From Candidatus Bathyarchaeota archaeon (GTDB lineage Archaea; Thermoproteota; Bathyarchaeia; Bathyarchaeales; Bathycorpusculaceae): a stretch of 64,000 bases of DNA. Of this stretch, positions 11,125-19,682 are shown in pieces; positions within the stretch are counted from its first letter, which is position 1; the number at the start of each line of letters is the position of its first letter. The stretch spans positions 992,001 through 1,056,000 of the forward strand of contig CAWEPZ010000011.1 of the NCBI GenBank assembly GCA_963811105.1, written 5' to 3'. The notes under the pieces are model-generated. The model had not been told where the DNA came from. It searched no databases and saw only the letters and a program-made list of their open reading frames with translations. The position numbers were made by a program, and so were the translations under genes.

Positions 11125-11163
11125 AGGTAAGACCAGTTAGGCTGGTCTATTACCTCAGTTTTT
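11125..11163 (+). terminator. Hairpin plus T-tract downstream of the precursor gene
   Basis: aggtaa-gaccag [ttagg] ctggtc-ta-ttacct forms a 12-bp stem with a 2-nt bulge, followed by cagttttt. Confidence 0.5.
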
Positions 11164-11328
11164 ATAAAATTAAAAAACGCTTCTCGTTAAATCTAACATA
11201 AAACTTTGGTTGTCCAATCGTTTAATATAGACACTATGATCCATGTTTCGTAATAATAAAGAACTTTAAATCATCCATGAGTGGCTTATTAGGAAGTCTT
11301 CCAAAAAAATATCTTAAAAGGGTTACAA

Positions 11329-12918
11329 ATGCCTGTATTTCTTTGCATCCCTCCAGTTTCTTCGTTGGTTCCTTATCCAGCAATTCCATACTTAACAAGT
11401 AGCCTGAAAGCAAATAATCAAAAGGTAAGTACCTTTGATCTAAACATAAACGCTTTTAATTTAACTCTTTTCCACCAAGGCGTTGATATTAAACCCGGGG
11501 AAATTTTACGTAAGAATAATCATGGAATAAAGGCGAAATGCGCAAGAGTTCCTGAGGCAAATCTTTACTCGACCATGCGAGAAAGCAAAGAAATTTTTGA
11601 ACAAATTATGTTCGAAGAGGCTTCTGATCAATTAAGTTATCCCTATTCGAGTCTACAGTCCAGATATATTATTAGCAAAGAATTAAAGCAGGCAATAATT
11701 TCGGATGTTTGGAAAATTTGTAATAATTGGTTTTTGGAAGTTGCCAATGATTCCAAAGAACAAAGTATTGTAGGATTTCATGTAATAAGTCAAACTGGAT
11801 TGATGTGGAGCATACTTCTTGCACGAAAATTAAAGAAAATTCTGCCCAAAATTTTGACAGTCTTGGGGGGTCCAGCATTCCTCGCATGGGAAGAAGTTCT
11901 CTCAGCCAATCCAGAAATTGACGTAATAGTTCGAGGGGAGGGTGAGGTCACAATTTCTGAGATAGCTAATTTGTATGACGGCAGTTTGGAATCAATAAAA
12001 GGAATCAAGGGAATTTATTACAGAAACGAGAAAGATAAAATTGAAACCAATGCGGATCGCCCATTAATAAAATCTCTTGACGCTTTGCCTTTTCCATATT
12101 ATGGTGATTTACCGTTAAAAGAATATCCTCAGAATAAGTTTGGAATGCCTATAATACCCGTTGTTGGTTCTAGAGGATGTATAGGAAATTGTGTTTTTTG
12201 CGTTGAAAAACGTTTATGGGGTAACACTTATCGGATGCGCTCACCAGAAAACATCGTTTCCGAGTTCAAAAACATTAAAGAAAAATATGGAACTTCTGTT
12301 ATTCGCTTCAATGACAGTTTGATAAATTGTAATATCAAATCTCTAGAAACATTCTGCAATTTATTGATTGAAGATAACATCAGAATGCAATGGATGGGTA
12401 ATGCTCGAATCCGACCTGAAATGACTGATAAATTGCTTGGGAAAATGGGCCAAGCAGGTTGCATAGGATTATGGTATGGCATAGAATCTGGGTCTCAAAG
12501 AATATTGCATAAAATGAAAAAAGGATATAATTTGGAAACCGCTAAAAATGTAATCCACGATACTGCTAGAAACGGCATTCGAGTTCTAATATTTATGATA
12601 GTAGATTTTCCAGGAGAAACACCAAACGATTTTAGACAGTCCGTTGATTTCTTAAAGCAGAATCAAGATTACATTGATCAAGTCAGCATTTCACGCTTTG
12701 GCGTCTTGCATGATTCAGAAATAGCTCTCAGCCCAAAAAAATATGGAATTGAAGTTATTAGAAGAAAAATGGGCGTTAATTACAGTTACATCTATTCACC
12801 TAGACCAGAGAGCAATCGATATGAAATCTTAGATTCAGCCTGGAAGCAATTAAGTATGCTAAAAAAAGCAAACCCAGCTAGAAATAATCGCGCAAAAATA
12901 ATCGTCCCATATTACTAA
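11329..12918 (+). CDS. Cobalamin (B12)-binding radical SAM protein (class B methyltransferase-like)
   Basis: B12-binding domain motifs (VLGGP, RGEGE), SRGCIGNCVFC (CxxxCxxC), RSPENIV.E, GIESGS and FPGET. Confidence 0.9.
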   Translation: MPVFLCIPPVSSLVPYPAIPYLTSSLKANNQKVSTFDLNINAFNLTLFHQGVDIKPGEILRKNNHGIKAKCARVPEANLYSTMRESKEIFEQIMFEEASDQLSYPYSSLQSRYIISKELKQAIISDVWKICNNWFLEVANDSKEQSIVGFHVISQTGLMWSILLARKLKKILPKILTVLGGPAFLAWEEVLSANPEIDVIVRGEGEVTISEIANLYDGSLESIKGIKGIYYRNEKDKIETNADRPLIKSLDALPFPYYGDLPLKEYPQNKFGMPIIPVVGSRGCIGNCVFCVEKRLWGNTYRMRSPENIVSEFKNIKEKYGTSVIRFNDSLINCNIKSLETFCNLLIEDNIRMQWMGNARIRPEMTDKLLGKMGQAGCIGLWYGIESGSQRILHKMKKGYNLETAKNVIHDTARNGIRVLIFMIVDFPGETPNDFRQSVDFLKQNQDYIDQVSISRFGVLHDSEIALSPKKYGIEVIRRKMGVNYSYIYSPRPESNRYEILDSAWKQLSMLKKANPARNNRAKIIVPYY

Positions 12919-13098
12919 ACGAAGTTTCTTGTAAAGAGAATTTCTCCTTTTGCTTTTTTGTCGCTAAAGATGGTGATAGTTAAGGCAAAACGTACAGGAG
13001 ATTTCTGTTAACCACGTTTTTCAAGAGTCTATTAACAATTTTGCAAATCCTCATAAACATAAATAGCGGTACTTCATAAAAATAGAGTGCGATTATTT

Positions 13099-13434
13099 TT
13101 GTCAAAAGATAAATCCGTAAACAAAGCCCTCTCTAAAAAGTCTACAAGAACTGTTCCTAAGAAAAAATCAGATTCAGCTGGTTCAAAAAAAAGATTAACC
13201 AAGAAACAAAATGAACGCCCACATACACTTTTTGAAAAAAATCAACATTTTGAAAAATTGGATCCCGAATCTTATGCGAAACTGCAATCAACAATACATG
13301 AAGTCGTTGAAAAAACGATGCCCGAATACAAAGAATGGCTAAATTCTGCATTTGGCGAAAAAATTATTCCCGATGATTGTTCCAATGCCCGCCCAACACT
13401 TATCCAAAGGTGCCGCGTCTGTCCAAAAAATTGA
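13099..13434 (+). CDS. Paralogue of the RiPP precursor leader, probably the N-terminal part of a frameshifted fusion with the downstream methyltransferase
   Basis: EKLDPESYAKLQSTIHEVVEKTMPEYKEW aligns with EKLNPAMYAKLQSTIHDTVAKALPEYQQW of the 10556 protein. The TTG at 13099 has the same context as the TTG at 10556. Confidence 0.7.
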   Translation: MSKDKSVNKALSKKSTRTVPKKKSDSAGSKKRLTKKQNERPHTLFEKNQHFEKLDPESYAKLQSTIHEVVEKTMPEYKEWLNSAFGEKIIPDDCSNARPTLIQRCRVCPKN

Positions 13435-14272
13435 CGATATTGTAGTTGCTGCTTTCAACAAAGCTATGAAAGCAGTACGTCAAGCTTCGGAAGAAACTGA
13501 GCAAACGGAAATTATGGAAAAATGGTTCAAAAAAAAATTTTTTGACGACGTTTCTGACATACGACCTGAAAGCAGAAACTATTACAAACATTGCGTACAC
13601 AATTTCGTTACTCAATTTTTCTCCAAAGAAAAAATAGCTGGAAAAAGAATCCTCGACTTCGGATGTGGACCAGGATACTATTCCACGATTTTGGCCCAAC
13701 GCGGAGCAGACGTAACTGGAATTGACAGAAGTGCATTTCTTATTTACAAAGCAAACGAACTCAAACAAAAACTAGGACTTAAGAATATAGAGTTTTTTCA
13801 AGAAGATTTTCTTGATTTTGAGACAAATGCAAGGCCCAAAGAGTTTGATTATATCATAGCGATAGACACAATTGTGAGTTTTGACTTTTCCAGACAGAAG
13901 CATAACCATGAGGATTTCACTAAGGCATTGAGCAAAATCAGCAGAATTCTGAAAGATCAAGGTAGATTTTTTATAATTGAGGCGCATCCTTTTTTCGGTC
14001 AATTTGCTAAAGGAATAAAATTCTCAAGCGAAGGACATTTTCATGGTCGTTTATCTCATTATAAAATAGAATATAAGCGTAAAGATAATCCTAATCATTG
14101 GTTTACCCTTGACGAAATGACGAAGGCTCTTAATGAGAACTGTTTGGCAATTTGCAGGATTTATGAGCCTGATCCAAGTGTTGAATTGGAAAAAGAAAAC
14201 GCCCAATTATTCAAGTTTTTCCTGAAGTATCCACACATGATTGTATATGAAATATGCAAAGTGAGAAACTAA
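13352..14272 (+). CDS. Class I SAM-dependent methyltransferase carrying the precursor-like follower at its N-terminus
   Basis: Motif I ILDFGCGPGY, VTGID, FDYI and LKDQGRF. The N-terminal KIDDIVVAAFNKAMKAVRQASE matches the precursor follower KIEDMVNVAVNQAMTTAIRQALE. Confidence 0.85.
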   Translation: MAKKLFPMIVPMPAQHLSKGAASVQKIDDIVVAAFNKAMKAVRQASEETEQTEIMEKWFKKKFFDDVSDIRPESRNYYKHCVHNFVTQFFSKEKIAGKRILDFGCGPGYYSTILAQRGADVTGIDRSAFLIYKANELKQKLGLKNIEFFQEDFLDFETNARPKEFDYIIAIDTIVSFDFSRQKHNHEDFTKALSKISRILKDQGRFFIIEAHPFFGQFAKGIKFSSEGHFHGRLSHYKIEYKRKDNPNHWFTLDEMTKALNENCLAICRIYEPDPSVELEKENAQLFKFFLKYPHMIVYEICKVRN

Positions 14273-14535
14273 TTAATGTGCCATGTACTAACCATAGTGA
14301 GTTTTTCCTTTTTTTGCCGAGCAAACCTTTTTGATTTAAGCGGTCTGAATCTCGGAGACACTTCTACAACCGGTTTGAACGTTGCCATCTTAAACATGGT
14401 TCGTGGAAAAATCTTTTTTTAATGCGGAAAAAATGCATAATACCTATTACAGTATCGTGGCGTCGAATGTGATGAATGCAAAAGTTGTAGTTACTCAGAT
14501 GTCTGCGCCCGTGAATGCATAGGAAAACAGACTAA

Positions 14536-15484
14536 TTAGACTATTTTATCAGCCGCCATTTTCATTTTTTCCAAAATGAATCTCACTTTTTCGAGTGATG
14601 TCATTCCAAAGCCGCAATCCGGATGGATATACCTGATATTTTCTCTTCCGGCAGATTTCCTCAATTCTGTTATATCGCTCCATAATTATTCTCTCATCTT
14701 CAACATTGACGTTTGAGATGAACCCTACTCCAAGTTTCTTACCGTGCTCTTCCAGTGATGTCTTTGAGATGATATCCAAATTCTCTTTTTCTTCTTCTCC
14801 GCTAAATCCTAAACTTAAGATTGGAATATCAGAATCTAATAAGACATCATATAGATTCGGAACACTTTTTATTGATCCACAGACGTGACAGCTAACTTTT
14901 TCCTCTTTAATCGAAAAAGGTGGAAGATGCAAAGTAAAATCTTCCAAGATCTTTTTAGCAGACTCAAGAGAAACTCGCCCAGTTGAAAGCAAAGGTTCGT
15001 CAATCTGCACGTAAGCTCCAATATTAAGCGCTTCCTGCACTAGAGGTAAAAGGGCACGAGAAAAATCAGAAAACAAAGATTCTTCTTCGTCTAAATTATA
15101 ATGCTTCATTGTACTTTCCATATCCGCTAAAGCACAAGTAGTACCTAACGTCATTGGACCTGTAATTGTAATTTTGACTTTCACACTCTCTTTTCCTAGG
15201 CTTTCCAGGATTGATTTGACTCTTCTATAATCGTTAATCTTGTAGAACTCATCTATCTTGTCTCGTTTTATGGGTTCAATTTTTCCCACAATCTTCAAGC
15301 CATCGTCGAGTCTTTCTAGACCTGGAATTTGCTCAAAGTACTGAATCATGTTTCTTCGCAGTTCACCATCAGTTATCAGATCGATGCCGTAGTATAATTG
15401 CAAATCAACGATTTCTCTAATCGCATTTTCAAGAGGACGATCTGATTTAGGAAAACTTCCGACAACAGTTGTTTCTATTGGCAT
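14536..15484 (-). CDS. MetE C-terminal-domain ('core') methionine synthase-like protein, frameshifted near the 3' end
   Basis: TTVVGSFP, ITDGELRR, ITGPMTL, VQIDEP and Zn-ligand HVC motifs. Shifting frame near 14650 restores AGRENIRYIHPDCGFG...KMAADKIV* ending at 14536. Confidence 0.8.
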
Positions 15485-16055
15485 GAAAATAGTTAAATAA
15501 ACATAAATATTTAAACCGCTTGTGAGCAACTGTTCAGAACTGCTTCAACGTACAGTTTCAAGCTAAATTACACCTTTTGCTCCGTAAGTAGCTCCTGAAC
15601 TTGGCGCTCAATTTGGCATCTGATTTCTCGAACTTGTCTATGGGTTTCCTTTTGGGTCTTCAAGCTTCCATTCGATTGTTGGCCTGAAGAGCATTTTTGA
15701 CCCTCAATTCAAAACCGGCTGCCTAATTGATTATTGCTATCTGAACCTTTTTGACACATGATTGAATTTGTCGCTGACTTCAAAAAACCGGAAATAAAGA
15801 AAAGATCGGGCTTTGTTTTCGATAGATATTGGAAAGTAAGGAACGGGTGTTTGCAAGATTAGAAAAACACATAGCACATCTATCCTAAGATTTCGTTGGC
15901 ACTTATTGATTCCGTTGTCAAAGGCAAAATTATGCAAAGGTAGAAAGAAAGTTGCAGCTATCTATTTCTTAAAGAATACTTGAAAACCTAAGCCTTTTGC
16001 TAAAATTATCTTTGAACAAGAAAAAGAGGGAGATGTAATTTTATTGTTTGGGTGG

Positions 16056-18698
16056 TTATCGTTTTCTGAGTATCAGAATGGCTGTTGCGACTGAGAGGAT
16101 AACTACGATTATTATTGCGATTACTCCGGCGACTATGGTCATTGTGTAGTCTGGTGTTACGGATTGTGAAGCTGCTTGAGAAGGTGCCAATGTTGCTGCT
16201 GGACTAACTGCTATTGCTGTTGCTGCTCCTGAACTGCCATATGAGTCGTCTCCTGCAAATGAGGCAACAATTTTGTATGTGCCTTCTGTTGGTGGGGTCC
16301 AAGCCATCTCAAATGTGCCGTAGTATGCGCTTGAAGTTACTGTTCCGATGTTGATGACTTTGCCAGATGAGTCTATAGCTGTTAGTGTTACTGGTATGCC
16401 AGTCATGGTAACGTTGTGGTACATTCCATCTATTGGAATTTGCATGTGTAGGTATTCCATTTGAGTCGACATTGAGTCTGCGGAAACGCATGGCGTACCT
16501 GGTTGGGCTGGTGATTGATCCATAACTGTTCCTCGTATTAGCACTTGGGTTCCCAATGGTGTAGCGGTGTCGGGTGCCGTCACTGTGGTTTGTGTTAAGC
16601 CTTTGCCAAAGACGTCTAGGTAGCCGTCGTATTCATCGAGGAATGCGAGGTAGCCGTCTGATATTGCGCCTTCGAAGTAGCGTGAGCCTGGTACTCCTTG
16701 ACCCATGGTTATATTCCATATGCCTGCGCCTGTGGTAGCGTTAATGCAGAAGAGTCTCCAGCCTCTTGTAATTGGCTCGCTTGGCGTATGTTCACAGTTG
16801 AAGGTGAAGAGTTTTCCATCAGCCACGTAGCCTGAGCTGTGCCAGGAATAGTTTCCGCCATATGGTGTTTCAAATGGAGGTGCGGGTGCTGTGAAGGTCC
16901 AATCGATCTTGCCTGTGATCCAGTTGATCGCGTGGACTCCTGCGTAGTCATTGTCGAATATGTATCCGTAAGCTGATTGCACATCGTAAGCTCCGAAGAC
17001 TCCCCATGGCCATTCTGACAGCGGGCTCGTCCAAACCAGGTTCCCAGTCTTTAAGTCCCAGCAATCCCAGTCGCCGCCTAACAAGCGGACAGCTGCTTTG
17101 CCGTGATCGACAACCATTGGGGTTCCAAAGGTTTGTCCCCAGCCTGAACTAGTGTCTGTGGTTTTGTTCCAGAGGAGTTGTCCAGTGTATATGTTTGCTG
17201 CTTGTATGAATATGCCAACGTTTACTCCTAAGCCGGCTGAACTGATTGCGCCTGTGGTGACAGCGATTCCTGATTCATAATCAACTGTTCCCAGACTGCT
17301 AAATGGCCAAGAAATGTTGCCCCATATTCTTGCGGTGAAATTGTCAACAACTGTTTGCGCGCCTCCGCCGTGAACTTGCTCAGAGCCTGCGTTATTTGCT
17401 ATGGTCCAGTTGATTAAACGGTAGGTGACAGATGATCCTGAGCCGATTGTTTGTATGCTCAAGACCCATGGGTCTGCGTAGAATGTGCCGGTAGATACTC
17501 CGGAGGGGACTCCTGTGAAGTTTGAAACAACTGTGCCAGTTAAGGGGTCGTACTTGATTACTCGACCTGAATTTGAGCCTGACGCTCCAGTTATCGCTAC
17601 AAAGTATACTGATTCGCCTACTCTTGCTTCTGCGCCTGGAACTTCTGCGCCGCCTCGCTCATAGGTGATTATGGTGGGTATTGTTTCTCCAGTGGCTACT
17701 GGGCGTTCCCAGTATATCTTGCCTGTTTGCAGATCATAGCATCTCCATTCGTTGACTGCGCTAACTGTAGTAGGGTATTGCCATGTGCCGTTGATGTATA
17801 CTGGTTGTGTGGGTTCGCTTATGACTTCATAGCATCTTCCTGAGTAGATGATGGTTGGGTATCCACTTCCCGTTAATCCTCCGGCTGTCCAAGAGAGTTG
17901 TCCTGCTGGTCCACCGATGAGTCCGGCGATGAATGTTGGTCTTTGCCAGACTATGTGTGCTGTGTTTGGTGCTTGGACGTAGGGTGTGAATCTGTAGTTG
18001 CTCATGTATTTGTTGGTGTTTGCTGGCCAGTAGGTGCTTCCTCCAACAACGCCTGTTGGAGGCCAATTGCCTAATATTGGCCACCATTCTCTGTTGAAGG
18101 ATTCAGCTGGTCGTGACCAGTAATCTGTTGGTAATGCTGCTGGAGGCCAAGATGCTACCGCGTTTTGTTGCACTGTTACTGATACTTGAGGTGTTGTTGC
18201 TGGTTTGTAGTAGGCTGAGTCTAGAAATGCAGAACCGGATGTTCCGTTTTCGACGACACTTCCTTGGAGGTAGTATCCTGCGGGGTAGTATTGACCTAGG
18301 AAGTTAAATTGGAATTTGTAGGTACCGGCTGTGTCTGGGGTGTAGGGGAACCATGCTGTTGAGTCGCCTGCGTAGGATGATATTGGGCCTACAGTGGTGG
18401 TTGTTCCATCTGGTTTAGTGATTGTGACTGTGAATGCGTTTACTAAGTCTCTGTTTATGTTGATTGGAGGTTGAAGCCAGATGTTTACAAGTAACTCTTG
18501 CCCAACTCCGATTGGGTTTGGAGTGACATCAAGATAAGCAGTAGGAGTCACAGTAATGCTTGCAGTTACTCCGGCTGGTAAAGGTCCTGCTACTGGTTGG
18601 CTTAATGCTTTTACTGTCATTTTTGTCGTGGTTGCTATTACAGAAGCCATCAAAATGATTATGATAATTGCAGTTATCTTTTCACGATTTATTTTCAT
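16056..18698 (-). CDS. PQQ-like beta-propeller surface protein (paralogue 2)
   Basis: Same architecture and conserved blocks as 2747-5326 (LPTDYWSRP, NREWW, GTVMDQSPAQPGTPC, MEYLHMQ, C-terminal TM). Confidence 0.8.
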   Translation of the reverse strand: MKINREKITAIIIIILMASVIATTTKMTVKALSQPVAGPLPAGVTASITVTPTAYLDVTPNPIGVGQELLVNIWLQPPININRDLVNAFTVTITKPDGTTTTVGPISSYAGDSTAWFPYTPDTAGTYKFQFNFLGQYYPAGYYLQGSVVENGTSGSAFLDSAYYKPATTPQVSVTVQQNAVASWPPAALPTDYWSRPAESFNREWWPILGNWPPTGVVGGSTYWPANTNKYMSNYRFTPYVQAPNTAHIVWQRPTFIAGLIGGPAGQLSWTAGGLTGSGYPTIIYSGRCYEVISEPTQPVYINGTWQYPTTVSAVNEWRCYDLQTGKIYWERPVATGETIPTIITYERGGAEVPGAEARVGESVYFVAITGASGSNSGRVIKYDPLTGTVVSNFTGVPSGVSTGTFYADPWVLSIQTIGSGSSVTYRLINWTIANNAGSEQVHGGGAQTVVDNFTARIWGNISWPFSSLGTVDYESGIAVTTGAISSAGLGVNVGIFIQAANIYTGQLLWNKTTDTSSGWGQTFGTPMVVDHGKAAVRLLGGDWDCWDLKTGNLVWTSPLSEWPWGVFGAYDVQSAYGYIFDNDYAGVHAINWITGKIDWTFTAPAPPFETPYGGNYSWHSSGYVADGKLFTFNCEHTPSEPITRGWRLFCINATTGAGIWNITMGQGVPGSRYFEGAISDGYLAFLDEYDGYLDVFGKGLTQTTVTAPDTATPLGTQVLIRGTVMDQSPAQPGTPCVSADSMSTQMEYLHMQIPIDGMYHNVTMTGIPVTLTAIDSSGKVINIGTVTSSAYYGTFEMAWTPPTEGTYKIVASFAGDDSYGSSGAATAIAVSPAATLAPSQAASQSVTPDYTMTIVAGVIAIIIVVILSVATAILILRKR

Positions 18699-18934
18699 TT
18701 TTTCTTTGCTCCTTAATTCTTTGCAGAGCTAACAAAATGCTCTGCAAAAATTAGTTATCTACTCTGAGCGCTTTTAAGGTTTTAGATAACGCTTTTATAA
18801 AGACAAGATGCTCGAGTTAAAATGCGCTTACATAAACATGAGAAGTCTCGTTCGGAGATAGCCACTCTGGTATGTCACGGTACACAATTTTCCTTAACAA
18901 AGAAAAAGGATTAAGGAGCTTTATTGCTCTGCCT

Positions 18935-19669
18935 TCACTGGATAGAGTCTCTTTGATTAAGCAGTTTTTGAATTTGCTGCAATATATCTTCAGACGAAGA
19001 AGCCTTGAAATGTGCAGGTTCGCGAACTCCCGGTCCGACTTTGGCGTACTTTGCTCCGATTTGTGTCATTCTCTGCGTTAGGCGTAGCTCGGGATATACT
19101 TCGTCTATTACTGACAGCAAGACGGCTTGCTCGGAAGATATGATCTGCCCACCTTCGAAAAACTGAGCAGGCTCGATTGCCGACCATATCATCTCTATCG
19201 TTTTCGCTGAAAGAGCCCCTTGCAACGGTTGATCAATTAGACTTGCAGCTTGATGCGCGGGTTCAATCCATTCATTTGAGAGTTTTAGTTTGAGCGCACT
19301 TAACCACAGCAGATAAATATTGAAAGTTCCTGCAACAACTGTAATCAGTTTCTCTTCATTGATGCCTTTGAGGACTGGCATGAGTTCACTCTCAAACACG
19401 GTACCTTTAAGGTTTTCAGCACCCAAGCTAACTGATTTGACCATTCCGCCATCTACTTCGATTTTGCAAGGCAAGGTGGAGGCAACAACAAAGCCAATTT
19501 GTTTGGATGCACGGTCAAAGGCTGCGTCTATCTTTGTCTGGTATTTCTCTTTAATCAACTGGTAAATCGCAAGCAGGTCTTCTCTGTATTTGATAATCTT
19601 CGGATGCGCGGGTTCCACCCAAGGTCTCTGCTTTCTCAGCATTGTTTCATCTATTCTTTTTTCATCCAA
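18935..19669 (-). CDS. Hypothetical protein with four EPA(H/Q) motifs; candidate substrate of the adjacent B12 radical SAM
   Basis: PWVEPAHP, EWIEPAHQ, AIEPAQFF and GVREPAHF. Starts 13 bp after the rSAM stop, with a ggggtg RBS-like sequence. Confidence 0.7.
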   Translation of the reverse strand: MDEKRIDETMLRKQRPWVEPAHPKIIKYREDLLAIYQLIKEKYQTKIDAAFDRASKQIGFVVASTLPCKIEVDGGMVKSVSLGAENLKGTVFESELMPVLKGINEEKLITVVAGTFNIYLLWLSALKLKLSNEWIEPAHQAASLIDQPLQGALSAKTIEMIWSAIEPAQFFEGGQIISSEQAVLLSVIDEVYPELRLTQRMTQIGAKYAKVGPGVREPAHFKASSSEDILQQIQKLLNQRDSIQ

Positions 19670-19682
19670 TTTTTCACCCCCT

